From an uncultured virus (IMG/VR IMGVR_UViG_3300028048_003121) (lineage: Duplodnaviria > Heunggongvirae > Uroviricota > Caudoviricetes): a DNA stretch of 64,000 bases. The stretch lies in IMG/VR virus record IMGVR_UViG_3300028048_003121, one strand, 5' to 3'. Shown here one piece after another: positions 30,174-40,118 of this stretch. The stretch's first letter is position 1. The number at the start of each line of letters is the position of its first letter. The translations under genes were made by a program, and so were the position numbers. The notes below the pieces were generated by a model. That model worked only from the letters and a program-made list of their open reading frames with translations. It was not told the origin of the DNA and did not search any database.

Positions 30174-30992
30174 ATGAGTAATATCGACAGCATCACCAAG
30201 GGAATGGAAAGCGTGTCAACAGAGGGCATCATACCACAAGGGTGCCTGCTCTGTGAGTTCTGCGACCTGTATCAGGCAGACAAGAAGATATGCGCGATAC
30301 ACAAGACAGTGGATAGCTGCCCGGCAGGGAAGAACAGCATCCTCGTGAAGGCTACCGTCCTGGGAACAAAGACGGACTTCCACTATGCGTACTGCAAGGC
30401 ACTAAACACCTCCGTACTGCTGAGCATCTGGAACTATACCTCAGACCTGGTGACGACACAAGAAGGATCGGTCAAGTTCATGACAGACCTGATGAACGCC
30501 AAAGAGAAGAAACCGATGGAACATACCCCGACACCGGACATGCTGAACCTTGGCATCGGCTTTGCCGACGAGGTACAGCGGACTTGGAAAATGATGATGG
30601 CCTACCAACTCCAGAAAAGGGCCGTCAAGAAAGACTGGTGGACAATCGTCAACAAAGGACATATCCACTATCTGGAGAACCCCTACGGCAACAACGTCCC
30701 CAAAGTGGTCAAAGACCATGCCAGACCACAGGACGCGCTTCCCTACGAGGTGAGGATGAAGTACATCATCAAGGAATTTATCGCCTTGAAGGAGAAATAT
30801 TCCATACTGCATGAGGCAACAGACCGGGTAAGGGCAGAAAATAAGACGCTGAAGGGCTACAGGGTGGAGAACACCAACCTGAAAGCATCCAACGAGAAGC
30901 TGAAGAAAGAGAACAGCCGACTGCGCGACGAGATGGCCAACATCAAAAAGGCATTGAAGCAGCTCTCCAAGATGGGGATGCTTCCAGACTGA
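30174..30992 (+). CDS. Hypothetical protein with Cys cluster and C-terminal coiled coil
   Basis: CLLCEFC..C..C; heptad repeats. Confidence 0.7.
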   Translation: MSNIDSITKGMESVSTEGIIPQGCLLCEFCDLYQADKKICAIHKTVDSCPAGKNSILVKATVLGTKTDFHYAYCKALNTSVLLSIWNYTSDLVTTQEGSVKFMTDLMNAKEKKPMEHTPTPDMLNLGIGFADEVQRTWKMMMAYQLQKRAVKKDWWTIVNKGHIHYLENPYGNNVPKVVKDHARPQDALPYEVRMKYIIKEFIALKEKYSILHEATDRVRAENKTLKGYRVENTNLKASNEKLKKENSRLRDEMANIKKALKQLSKMGMLPD

Positions 30993-31015
30993 ACAACCCA
31001 AAAGAAAGAGAGATA

Positions 31016-31312
31016 ATGAACACAAAGCATATCATCGTCCTGATCCACGACGAACAGGCAAAGCCATTCATCCTGCACAGCGACAAACGCTTTCATGAGA
31101 ATATCATCGAACGGCACGGCTGCCATGTCACGGAATACCTGTCTGAGGCAGCAGCCAAGAAGAAAGCGGCACAGTGCTGCAAGCAGTACACCTACGGCAA
31201 GAGCCACGCCATGACATACGGCGACCTGGAGAGACTGGAGGCAAGGCTCCAGGGGTGCTACGCCCACGGGCTACGCACCAGAATGATAGAAGAATTTCTG
31301 GAAGAGCTATAG
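31016..31312 (+). CDS. Hypothetical protein
   Basis: 98 aa; followed by hairpin AATCCCCAAAGGTA...TACCCTTGGGGATT. Confidence 0.65.
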   Translation: MNTKHIIVLIHDEQAKPFILHSDKRFHENIIERHGCHVTEYLSEAAAKKKAAQCCKQYTYGKSHAMTYGDLERLEARLQGCYAHGLRTRMIEEFLEEL

Positions 31313-31503
31313 GATAAATCCCCAAAGGTACGATAAATTACGTTACCCTTGGGGATTTTCCGTGGAAAACCTACTATTTTCCATTGATAACGGAAAAATT
31401 TCCTCAGAACGCACTAAAATAGTGCAAAAACGAAGGGAAATTTCCATTTAGTGGCAGAAAATTTCCGTTTTAACGATTTTCTTGCAAAAAACGACGGAAA
31501 AAT

Positions 31504-31534
31504 TTTGTTATTACAAAGAAAAATCGTAACTTTG
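31504..31534 (+). promoter_or_regulatory. Bacteroidetes sigma-A promoter for guide locus C
   Basis: TTTG at 31504-31507, 19 nt, TAACTTTG at 31527-31534; scaffold starts ~15 nt downstream. Confidence 0.78.
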
Positions 31535-31549
31535 CAGGGTGTCATTATC

Positions 31550-31633
31550 GGGGCAGCTGTTTGCCCTTAACATGAGGGATAAATCCACTCATGAATCATG
31601 CGGTCATTCTCATAATGATAAGCTGAATATAGC
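31550..31633 (+). ncRNA. Guide scaffold C (tracr-like RNA fused to a repeat fragment)
   Basis: GGGCA-GCTGT-TTGCCC; CATGAG...CTCATG; ends AAGCTGAATATAGC. Confidence 0.8.
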
Positions 31634-31750
31634 ATTAGACGCTCCAGCCTTGTACTCCTTGAAGGTGTTAGACACCTGGGAATGAAAGCTGAATACAGCT
31701 TGGGTGATAAATCGTAACTATAGTTTCCTGGTGTTAGACACCTCTAATAA
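31620..31750 (+). CRISPR. Mini CRISPR array C: repeat GGTGTTAGACACCTGGGAATGAAAGCTGAATACAGC, 2 spacers
   Basis: Partial repeat ending 31633; spacer 31634-31663; full repeat 31664-31699; spacer 31700-31729; truncated repeat from 31730. Repeat is closely related to array A. Confidence 0.85.
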
Positions 31751-31773
31751 AACAAGGTAAGATGACTCCTACC

Positions 31774-32094
31774 TTATTTTATTTGTCTATTTTTCTTATC
31801 CTCCCGTCTGGCTTCACGAATCAATCTACGCCATGCAAAGCGACTAAAATGATTATGCCTACGCTTCAACCTCCGTCGAGTAGATGGCTTGTTAAGAATA
31901 CCGTCCCATAACTTGTAATAAGTCAGATGACGGTAACGCCACCCTTTGCCAAACAGGGCAAAGGAGATATTCTCAATGGATGGCGAAATCTCCCTGCACC
32001 AGAGCTGGACGATAGCGGAGAAAATAACAGTCAGTAGTATGGATGCTATAAACACCCATACTACAATGCCGGTCCAGTAGAACATCCTATCCAT
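31774..32094 (-). CDS. Small membrane protein
   Basis: N-terminal TM, basic tail. Confidence 0.6.
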   Translation of the reverse strand: MDRMFYWTGIVVWVFIASILLTVIFSAIVQLWCREISPSIENISFALFGKGWRYRHLTYYKLWDGILNKPSTRRRLKRRHNHFSRFAWRRLIREARREDKKNRQIK

Positions 32095-32101
32095 CGTTCC
32101 G

Positions 32102-32992
32102 TTACTTTTGAGTAAACAGGCTCCAGTCCTTATCTACCGAGAAGGCCTTGTTGCCAAAAACGTGCTCGATATTGAACTCTCCGTCAGCAAACTTCCGGAT
32201 GCTCTCCTTCCAATAGACCTTCATGCCTTTATCAATGGCCAGCAGAGCCGTCTTATGAAGGAAGGCATCACAGGCCTGGCCGTCGTAAGGCTCAAAACCG
32301 TTGGCTTTACGGTTCGACATCAGACCTATCAGATGCTGGTCGGTAAAACCGGCAGTGGCCTCAATCATACGCATGCTGCTGTCAAAGTCCACAATAGGCT
32401 CGATGCTCACAAAGGTCTTCAATCCCCACTGGTGCAACAGCTTCAGGGTCTCGATACGCTCAGCATTGCTGGGAGCATGCGGCTCTACATCATCCCTGCC
32501 AGTGAGGGTGAAGCCAATGGCAAGGTGACTGTTAAAGGAGTTATTCAGAAACGGACGGAAGATGGCGGAGGTGGCTCCGGCATTCTTCGTCAGGATCTTC
32601 ACGTTGATACCCTTGGAGGCAGCATAGAAAGCAGCCTTGATGGTCAACGCGGAAGTCTGGGAAGAAAGAGGATCGGTAGAGAACGAAAAGAAGATACCAT
32701 ACTTCATGAGGTGGTCAAACCACTTATCCACCTCACGCTTGAAAATAGTCAATGCAAAATCGATGGACTCCATATCGCGGTATTTCTTGGAACGGTTGGA
32801 GAGCTTCGTAAAGGAATCCTCCAACTTGGCAAAAGGCAGGCCGTTGACCTTGGCGGTCAAACCCTTGCGGTTATAACAGTAGTTGCACTGGAAAGGACAA
32901 CCACGATAGAAATTGCAGCCGACGGCAGCATACTCACGTGCCGCACCACCTGGGGTGTAAAGGCACTTTCCATTTAAAATCAATTCTTCCAT
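32102..32992 (-). CDS. Radical SAM protein (SPL-like)
   Basis: GCPFQCNYCY (CxxxCxxC); FSTDP; ILTK; SIEPI. Confidence 0.85.
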   Translation of the reverse strand: MEELILNGKCLYTPGGAAREYAAVGCNFYRGCPFQCNYCYNRKGLTAKVNGLPFAKLEDSFTKLSNRSKKYRDMESIDFALTIFKREVDKWFDHLMKYGIFFSFSTDPLSSQTSALTIKAAFYAASKGINVKILTKNAGATSAIFRPFLNNSFNSHLAIGFTLTGRDDVEPHAPSNAERIETLKLLHQWGLKTFVSIEPIVDFDSSMRMIEATAGFTDQHLIGLMSNRKANGFEPYDGQACDAFLHKTALLAIDKGMKVYWKESIRKFADGEFNIEHVFGNKAFSVDKDWSLFTQK

Positions 32993-32996
32993 AAGC

Positions 32997-33305
32997 TTAA
33001 CTATATTGAATTTTATCCTTGTCTATACGCTGTCCACTCCTGTCACGAAGGTGATCCTGAACAGCATCAATCACATTGTCGATGACACGGTCAATGAAAT
33101 GCTGGGGAGCTTTCTCGCCTTCAAGGGCGGCAGAGAAAAGCATGTCTGCAGGAACCTGGATGCCATGGTCGGCATGAATACCGACAATGCCCTCTACAGC
33201 CTGATTCTCCTGATGGTTGGCAATGACGAGGACATAATCCAGGTTCTCGTCTTCCAACTGCTGACGGATGCCGTCAACCAATTCTTGAAATTTCTGATTA
33301 TCCAT
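32997..33305 (-). CDS. Hypothetical protein
   Basis: 102 aa; operon packing. Confidence 0.65.
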   Translation of the reverse strand: MDNQKFQELVDGIRQQLEDENLDYVLVIANHQENQAVEGIVGIHADHGIQVPADMLFSAALEGEKAPQHFIDRVIDNVIDAVQDHLRDRSGQRIDKDKIQYS

Positions 33306-33319
33306 ATAACCGGTGCTTC

Positions 33320-34075
33320 TTAGTTGAACTTGTGAGGAGTGAAGGCAGGAGGATTGGAAATCAAAGGCGAGAACAGCCAGGGCTTATCATCATACTCCTG
33401 CTGCTGACGGTCAATGATGGCATAGACCTTACTTAACTCCTCCTCAGAATAGGCAGAGATATCGGCAGTAGGCTGATAGGTCATGAAATAGGAAATCTGC
33501 TCATCCTGAGTCTCAAAACCGAAGAAAGCACCTTCCCTGGTGACCTCAGAGAGACGATAAACCTTCTCATCGGCAATCGTAAAGTCCTTGACAGGCTCAC
33601 TGAACTCGCCGGTACCCATCTTGGCATGGCCACGACTACCCCAATAGGTTTCCTTGATAAGACGCTTGATGAGCTTATCAAGGTCCATTTCATCCGGCTG
33701 ACAGCCAAAATGATGCTGGCAGAACTGCTCCAAACAAACCCAACTATAGACAAAGAGGTAGCATCGGCCATAGTCATCACCTTCAAAATGAAGGATGTTG
33801 AAGGTCTTTCCGGACGGATCGAGATTGTTCTTCTCAACCAGAACGGCACTCATCCCGAAAATACCGAGACTCATACGTTTCTTGCTCTCGCCGACAACAC
33901 TGACCTTAAAACGTCCCAAGTCGCCAAAGGTTCGCTCGACCAACAGCACACAAGGGAAGCTGGTGGCCTTGGCAAAGAAACGATGGTTCTGCTCGATAAC
34001 ACGCAAGCCATAGTCTGACAGATAGTGACGGACAGACTTGGCAATAGTTCTGAAATTACATTGGATATTGATCAT
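33320..34075 (-). CDS. Hypothetical protein
   Basis: 251 aa; operon packing. Confidence 0.7.
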   Translation of the reverse strand: MINIQCNFRTIAKSVRHYLSDYGLRVIEQNHRFFAKATSFPCVLLVERTFGDLGRFKVSVVGESKKRMSLGIFGMSAVLVEKNNLDPSGKTFNILHFEGDDYGRCYLFVYSWVCLEQFCQHHFGCQPDEMDLDKLIKRLIKETYWGSRGHAKMGTGEFSEPVKDFTIADEKVYRLSEVTREGAFFGFETQDEQISYFMTYQPTADISAYSEEELSKVYAIIDRQQQEYDDKPWLFSPLISNPPAFTPHKFN

Positions 34076-34093
34076 AGTCTATAAAATTTGATG

Positions 34094-34321
34094 TTACTTC
34101 TTTTGAGGTTTCAAATCATCGGCATAGGCCCACTGGACAGCCTCGATGATAATACAAGTTAAACGCCAACGCTCTTCATCAGGAGCGTAATACGGCGCAA
34201 AAAGATGACCTTTCTTGTCTAAAAAGACAAGCTCACGACCCCTGTCAGGGATATTGTTGACGTCACGCCAGACAGCCTGAGACTGATCGGCGTTACAGTT
34301 CTTATTCATTGTTTCTTCCAT
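34094..34321 (-). CDS. Small phage-like hypothetical protein (likely start MEETMNK)
   Basis: VWRDVNNIPD...QWAYADDL motif. Confidence 0.55.
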   Translation of the reverse strand: MEETMNKNCNADQSQAVWRDVNNIPDRGRELVFLDKKGHLFAPYYAPDEERWRLTCIIIEAVQWAYADDLKPQKK

Positions 34322-34778
34322 CACAATTCTCTTTATAGTCAAATTCCAACTCGCCGCCGGTGAGGAACCGCATAATCGTCTGAAGCTCATGGACACAATA
34401 GCAGCTGATACGGGTATAGGTCTTCGTAAAGTCCGACATGAAACGGAACGAGGCTCTATTCTGGGCCTTGTTATGACGGTACAGCAGCTTCATATCACCA
34501 AAGTAATACATCAGTTGCCAGCCGGTCTTGTCAGCCGGCACGAAGTCCATGCGACTCAGACTGAACGAGTCAATGGCAATCCCCTCAATACGCGAATGCT
34601 TGAAATGATGCAGTTTCCCGATGGTAAACCTCCTGAGACTGGCAGAAACAAGGGTCTTCTCGATAATGAACACCCCCATCTGTCGGCGACCGATCTCACC
34701 GACCATGCCAGTCAGAAGTCCATACCTGCCAAGGTTGACCCTGACGAAACTACCGACGGATAACTCACGGATATTCAT
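34302..34778 (-). CDS. Hypothetical phage-like protein
   Basis: MNIRELSVGSFV...VHELQ motif. Confidence 0.65.
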   Translation of the reverse strand: MNIRELSVGSFVRVNLGRYGLLTGMVGEIGRRQMGVFIIEKTLVSASLRRFTIGKLHHFKHSRIEGIAIDSFSLSRMDFVPADKTGWQLMYYFGDMKLLYRHNKAQNRASFRFMSDFTKTYTRISCYCVHELQTIMRFLTGGELEFDYKENCDGRNNE

Positions 34779-35101
34779 CTGCGGAACGCTTTAGGGGTTT
34801 CCTCTTGCTGCTTGTCATGCGGCACATTCCTGTCCTTCACATCGTAGGCTGACAAGTCAACCTTCAGATTAGTGAAGACCTTACCGAACAGGGCCAACAT
34901 ACGCTGACCATAAGCACCGCCTTTCTCGATGGACTGGCTGATGAGCTTGGCAGCAGCATCGACATCATTCATATTGATGCTGGCACTGCCCAGGACAGCT
35001 TCATCATCCTTAGCCATCACGGACAGGAAGTATTCACATCCTGCCTCATTGAGCTGATTGGTAACATCGACCATCAGATCGTTTAACTCTTCTGTCTTCA
35101 T
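34775..35101 (-). CDS. Hypothetical protein
   Basis: 108 aa; overlapping stop/start with next gene. Confidence 0.65.
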   Translation of the reverse strand: MKTEELNDLMVDVTNQLNEAGCEYFLSVMAKDDEAVLGSASINMNDVDAAAKLISQSIEKGGAYGQRMLALFGKVFTNLKVDLSAYDVKDRNVPHDKQQEETPKAFRR

Positions 35102-35119
35102 AGCCGTAGCAATTAAATT

Positions 35120-35689
35120 TCATTCAGAGACAACAGTCTCACTACTATCACGAACAGGCTGATCGTAAATCAGCCCGACTTCCTTCAGGGCATCATCAAC
35201 CATACAGCAGACGGGATAGGCCTTCATGGTAACAGTACCCTGACGGCGCACCCAGCGAAGGAAGGACTTCTTATTGAAAGAAAATCCGTCATAGCTGCTG
35301 TAGGTTCCGGCAATACCAGCGTCATCATCTTCATCTGCATTCTCACGGAAGGCATCCTTGATGATATCCATCGGCTTCTTAATGCCAAAAAGCTGGGCTA
35401 TGCCAATAGCCTGATCCATCGATAATACCTTGGCATACTTCAAGCCGATGACAAGATCCTTGGCGTACTTGGAAGAAATGGACGGATAACAGCTATAGTC
35501 ATCCTTACCTTCCTGAATTTTGTCAACAAGGAACTGGTCGGAAAGGGCAATAGGGTTCAGGGAACAGAGATCGGTAACGGTGTTCCCAACAAGCACCCAG
35601 TCAAGCCATTCCTGAGCATCGGCTTTCTTGATACGTGCTGAGATAGCTGCCTTGGCTATCTCCAGACGGACTTGAACATTCTCATTCAT
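35120..35689 (-). CDS. Hypothetical protein
   Basis: 189-aa ORF. Confidence 0.7.
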   Translation of the reverse strand: MNENVQVRLEIAKAAISARIKKADAQEWLDWVLVGNTVTDLCSLNPIALSDQFLVDKIQEGKDDYSCYPSISSKYAKDLVIGLKYAKVLSMDQAIGIAQLFGIKKPMDIIKDAFRENADEDDDAGIAGTYSSYDGFSFNKKSFLRWVRRQGTVTMKAYPVCCMVDDALKEVGLIYDQPVRDSSETVVSE

Positions 35690-35701
35690 ATTTTCACGCT
35701 T

Positions 35702-36409
35702 TTAATTGTTAGTAAAATCAGCTGGAGCAGCAGCTTCCATGATATTTCTCATGTTGCTGGAAAAACAGTCAGTCTGCATCTGGAAGACCTGCATCTTCAG
35801 GGCTGTAAAGACATCAGCCACTGGCACAACGGCCTGCTGGCTGTTGAAGGTTCCAGCGGCAGCACTCTTGCTGAGAATGAACTCAGCGGCACTGCCAGGA
35901 ATGTTGTCAAGAGAGCTGGGAAGAGGGTTCAGACGGACATACTTACCTTCAATGCGGCAGTCACGCAGACGCTGGTCTGCCAGTCTGCCAAAGGCAACCA
36001 GACAATGTCCCGTCGGGGGATTGCTGGTACGTCCGTCAGGATGCAGGAACTTAACCCTGTGACGCAAAAAGAGCATAGAAGTGGCCTTGGGGAAGATAAC
36101 CTCCTGAAAAAGTAGGTTATCCTGACGGTTGATAAGCAAGGCTATGCCATTATTATGCTGGGCAAGCTTCTCGACAAACTGACGGAGTAGCTGACGGCTA
36201 TAGGGTGGGTTAAGCCATACAAAACTCTTACCCCACGGCATCAACAACCCGTCCTGCTCCTTCGTCCAATGGACGGTAGCAGTATCAAAAGGTCTATCCT
36301 TCGGACTGCATGGATCCAGGTCGAAAGGCCCAAGGGCATCAATCATCCACTTCGGTGTGTACCACTCGTCGGATGAAACGGTCTTATTCTTCTGTTGTCT
36401 CGTGTCCAT
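35702..36409 (-). CDS. Phage-type DNA N6-adenine methyltransferase (Dam-like)
   Basis: DEWYTP; FDLDPC; DGL..PW; VWLNPPYS. Confidence 0.9.
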   Translation of the reverse strand: MDTRQQKNKTVSSDEWYTPKWMIDALGPFDLDPCSPKDRPFDTATVHWTKEQDGLLMPWGKSFVWLNPPYSRQLLRQFVEKLAQHNNGIALLINRQDNLLFQEVIFPKATSMLFLRHRVKFLHPDGRTSNPPTGHCLVAFGRLADQRLRDCRIEGKYVRLNPLPSSLDNIPGSAAEFILSKSAAAGTFNSQQAVVPVADVFTALKMQVFQMQTDCFSSNMRNIMEAAAPADFTNN

Positions 36410-36415
36410 AATAAG

Positions 36416-38617
36416 TTATGCTATTTGTTGTAATCTCTGTTTCAGATAGGTTTGCCGCTCGACGAATAAACGACGGTTCTTGACATAGAGGTTGGTGACG
36501 GCAGCATAAATAGCCTGACGATCACCAATAAGAATGCAACGCTCCTTGGCACGGGTGATGGCCGTGTAGATTAGGTTGCGCTGAAGCATTATATAGGCAG
36601 AATTGAGGATGGGAATAATGACCGTGTTATACTCGGAACCCTGCGATTTATGAATGGTGGTGGCATAAGCCAAGTCCAACTCATCCAAATCGTTTTCCTC
36701 GTATCTGACATCAGAGACATGGTCAGGGAAACTGACAATCATATATCCCATATCCTCATTCACAAACAGAATAGTACCTATATCACCATTGAAAACACCC
36801 TTATCATAGTTGTTCTTCATTTGCATGACGCTATCACCAACACGGAAGAAAGTACTGCTATACTGTAAGGCTTCGCCCTTGGGGTTCAGACGCTCCTGCA
36901 ACATCTTGTTCAATACATAACAAGCCGTAGTTCCACGGGAACGCTGAGGACAGAGAACCTGGACATCCTTGGGCTTAATATGATAAGCCATTGGAAGGCG
37001 CTCGGCAACTAACGTCAAAATCTCTTCGGCAACCTGCTGCTCGTCGGTGTTGGAAATAAAGAAAAAATCCTTGCTACCTTTATTTGATAAGTCCGGCATC
37101 CTGCCATACTTGATAGCCTGAGCCGCATAGGGAATACGGCTGGAAGCCTGCTGGCGGAAGATTTTTTCAAGACGAACAACAGGAATGACATGACTGTCGA
37201 TAAGGTCTTTCAGAACGTTACCGGCTCCGACACTCGGAAGCTGGTCAACATCACCGACGAGAATCAGACGCTTATAGGGAGACATGGCCTTCAAGAGACT
37301 CTGGAAGAGAAGAATGTCAACCATGGAGAACTCATCAACAACAACAACATCCTCAGACAGATGGTTGTCCTCGTTATACTTAAAACCATTGACTTCCCAG
37401 CTGAAGCACAAAAGACGATGAATGGTGGAAGCATCATAGCCTGTACTCTCCTTGGCACGCTTGGCAGCGCGACCGGTAGGAGCACACACGGCAATGCTGT
37501 AGTTTTTCAATCTAAGGGCACAAAGGATTCCTTTGAGAACGGTGGTCTTTCCAGTACCAGGACCACCGGTGAGAATCATCACCGAGTGCTGAAGGGACTG
37601 GTGAATAGCCTGCTGCTGGACAGGATCAAACGTCATACCTTCCATAGACTGGATATGACGGATAGCATGGTTGGCAAGGATTTTATCTTCATCAGAAGAG
37701 AAATCCCTAAAATAGGACTGAGCTGACAACATAGAAAGAAGCCGATTGGCACAATAGTACTCGGCATTGTAATACTCAGAAAGGTAAACCTTGCCGATAT
37801 CATCCACAAGAGTACCGGCATTGATGTTAGAACGGACGGCATGCTCTATCAGGTTCTTATCTGCTTGAAGAATTTCATGAGCTGAATCCAGGAGTTGCTC
37901 ATGCCTGATATAACAGTCGCCTTGTTTTATCAACTGGGACATCACGAAAATAACGCCATAATGAAGACGGCGAGGATCATCATCCTTATAACCCATCTCC
38001 TTAGCAATCTTGTCGGCAATAATAAAACTGATACCGTCAATCTTCTCGATGAGACAGTAAGGATTTTCGCGGACAGCCTGAACGGCAGTACCACCGAAAA
38101 CCTTGATGATTTTCTTAACATAGGCAAGGCTGATACCATAACTGGCAAGAAAAACCATCACATCACGCTCCAGACTCTGCTGCTTGATGAAAGAAGAAGC
38201 ACGGTAAGCTCTCTCCTTACCAAGACGGGGAATTTCAATAAGTTTTTCAGGGAAATTCTCGATGATATTAAAGGTCTGGTCACCGAAGGCTTCCACGATA
38301 GAATGGGCAAACTTCTTACCAATGCCTTTGATCTTGCCACTGGCAAGGTACTTCTCTATACCTGTCAGAGACTCCGGACGAACCTCCATCCAGGAGATTG
38401 CTTCAAACTGACGGCCATATTTCTCATGCTGCACCCAGTTTCCCTGAACTTCCAGAAGAATACCTTCGATGACATCAAAGGAATAGCCCGTCACTACAAC
38501 GTCTGCACCGCTATCTTCAATAGTAGCGGCAAAGACACTGTAGTTATCCTTGCGCTCGTAAAAAATTTTGTTCTTTACGACGCAACGAAGACGGGTATAT
38601 TTTACTTCATCGTTCAT
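36416..38617 (-). CDS. recD2: RecD2-like ATP-dependent helicase
   Basis: HEKYGRQF; LTGGPGTGKTT; VVDEFSM; GDVDQLPSVGAG; YATTIHKSQGSE; YTAITRAK. Confidence 0.93.
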   Translation of the reverse strand: MNDEVKYTRLRCVVKNKIFYERKDNYSVFAATIEDSGADVVVTGYSFDVIEGILLEVQGNWVQHEKYGRQFEAISWMEVRPESLTGIEKYLASGKIKGIGKKFAHSIVEAFGDQTFNIIENFPEKLIEIPRLGKERAYRASSFIKQQSLERDVMVFLASYGISLAYVKKIIKVFGGTAVQAVRENPYCLIEKIDGISFIIADKIAKEMGYKDDDPRRLHYGVIFVMSQLIKQGDCYIRHEQLLDSAHEILQADKNLIEHAVRSNINAGTLVDDIGKVYLSEYYNAEYYCANRLLSMLSAQSYFRDFSSDEDKILANHAIRHIQSMEGMTFDPVQQQAIHQSLQHSVMILTGGPGTGKTTVLKGILCALRLKNYSIAVCAPTGRAAKRAKESTGYDASTIHRLLCFSWEVNGFKYNEDNHLSEDVVVVDEFSMVDILLFQSLLKAMSPYKRLILVGDVDQLPSVGAGNVLKDLIDSHVIPVVRLEKIFRQQASSRIPYAAQAIKYGRMPDLSNKGSKDFFFISNTDEQQVAEEILTLVAERLPMAYHIKPKDVQVLCPQRSRGTTACYVLNKMLQERLNPKGEALQYSSTFFRVGDSVMQMKNNYDKGVFNGDIGTILFVNEDMGYMIVSFPDHVSDVRYEENDLDELDLAYATTIHKSQGSEYNTVIIPILNSAYIMLQRNLIYTAITRAKERCILIGDRQAIYAAVTNLYVKNRRLFVERQTYLKQRLQQIA

Positions 38618-39084
38618 AACTGTTCTTTTTCGGACTTTGCAGTATTTAAGATGGAAACCGGCTCGGCAGGCTTTAAGGAATCCTTATAAGCCTTTAGCTT
38701 CTTACAGCTGGAACCGATACATCTGGAACAAGCCAGCAAGCTTTTAGCATGATTATACCGCCAACAACGGTCAAAGCTCTTCGACATCTTACAGACTACG
38801 GAAGAGGTGTCTGCAGGGAAGAAAGTGACTATCATAGCCATAGGCTCATCATCCCAACAATGGTTGCGAAGATAATGGGGAAGATTGCTGTTATTGATTG
38901 GGAGAATAAAAGCACAGTCAGGAACATCCCAAGCATCATACAACTCATGGGTGTCCTCATTCTCTATCTTAACACGATGGGGAGTGTCCACAGACAGACA
39001 AGCCATGATATAATGGTTTCCATCGGGCAGGGATACAAGCCACAGGGAAATCTTATCTTCGTTAAACATCAAATCCATAGTCAA
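38614..39084 (-). CDS. Hypothetical protein
   Basis: 156-aa ORF. Confidence 0.6.
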   Translation of the reverse strand: MTMDLMFNEDKISLWLVSLPDGNHYIMACLSVDTPHRVKIENEDTHELYDAWDVPDCAFILPINNSNLPHYLRNHCWDDEPMAMIVTFFPADTSSVVCKMSKSFDRCWRYNHAKSLLACSRCIGSSCKKLKAYKDSLKPAEPVSILNTAKSEKEQL

Positions 39085-39101
39085 AAGGGTTAAATTAAAC
39101 G

Positions 39102-40118
39102 TTACTTATCGTTATTCTTATGCTTGGAGAGGAAATCTTCTGGGAAGCATCCATAACGCTTACGGAAAGCGTCGCGGAGGAGGACAAGCCCACTCTTATC
39201 GAGCTTGTAGGTATTGTCAATGACGGCACGGGCAGAGGAAATGGCTATTTTCTCCTCGTTAGCCGTCAACAGGGTCTTCTTGGAATTTTCCGACTGAAGT
39301 AGCTCAGCAGGAGAAAGAACTTTCCTTAGACGATACTGGATGGTAATGTCAGGGAAATATTTCTTGAAGACCAGGAAATAAGGATTGCTGTAAATTCCTT
39401 CCAGCAGGTCATACTGGTCTTTGGTTACAGAGAGCAAGATACACTTGTCGGCAAAATAGATCTTTTCGATGTAGATATCATCCAAGACCTTCTTGTCAAC
39501 CTCTACAATATGCTCCTTGAACTCGTTCGAGAACTCGTACCACTTGCGATAGACATCCTGACGGAAGTCATCCTCTTCCTTCTTCCTGGCTTCGTACTCC
39601 TCATTGAGGTATTCCTGCCGCTTCTGCTCACACTCAATAGCGAAATCCTTCAAGGCACAGGTGATAACCATCGGGTCAACCTTGCCGTAGAACTTACCAA
39701 AGTGTCCGCACTTAAAACGGTAGAAAAAGAGCTGCATGACGGAATACTTCATTTCCTTGTATTCCTGGGCTATCAGAGTGGCCAGCTTCTTAGTCTGGTC
39801 ATCATTCATGTTCTTACTGCCAGTGAAGGTGTTCAAGTTGGCAATAGCAGGTACAAGCCAGGAGGAAGCTGCCCCGGAACCATAAGCCTTATCAAGCAAT
39901 GCAAGGGTAGAGTAATCATTCATAATACTACCTCGCTCGTCAGCGGCACAGTCTACCTGAGTATCAGGATTTATAGCTATAGCAAAATCCTCAAACGACG
40001 GGTAGTTTTCTCTTAGGAGCTGCACCTTCAGCTCGTAGCTCTTGCATAATCCTTGCTGCTCCTGCATAGATGTCTTCGCTTGAGCGATAGCCGTTGTTAT
40101 TGTCTGTTCCATGTTCAT
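39102..40118 (-). CDS. Replication-associated protein following the initiator (DUF6633-like)
   Basis: LFFYRFKCGHFGKFYGKVDPMVI motif; follows DUF4373 gene. Confidence 0.6.
   Translation of the reverse strand: MNMEQTITTAIAQAKTSMQEQQGLCKSYELKVQLLRENYPSFEDFAIAINPDTQVDCAADERGSIMNDYSTLALLDKAYGSGAASSWLVPAIANLNTFTGSKNMNDDQTKKLATLIAQEYKEMKYSVMQLFFYRFKCGHFGKFYGKVDPMVITCALKDFAIECEQKRQEYLNEEYEARKKEEDDFRQDVYRKWYEFSNEFKEHIVEVDKKVLDDIYIEKIYFADKCILLSVTKDQYDLLEGIYSNPYFLVFKKYFPDITIQYRLRKVLSPAELLQSENSKKTLLTANEEKIAISSARAVIDNTYKLDKSGLVLLRDAFRKRYGCFPEDFLSKHKNNDK

Noticed and set aside
31518..31531. 13/14 match of spacer C2 to its own promoter (AAATCGTAACT)
   Set aside because: Internal to the spacer rather than in the seed; matches this short are expected by chance with 8 spacers against 128 kb
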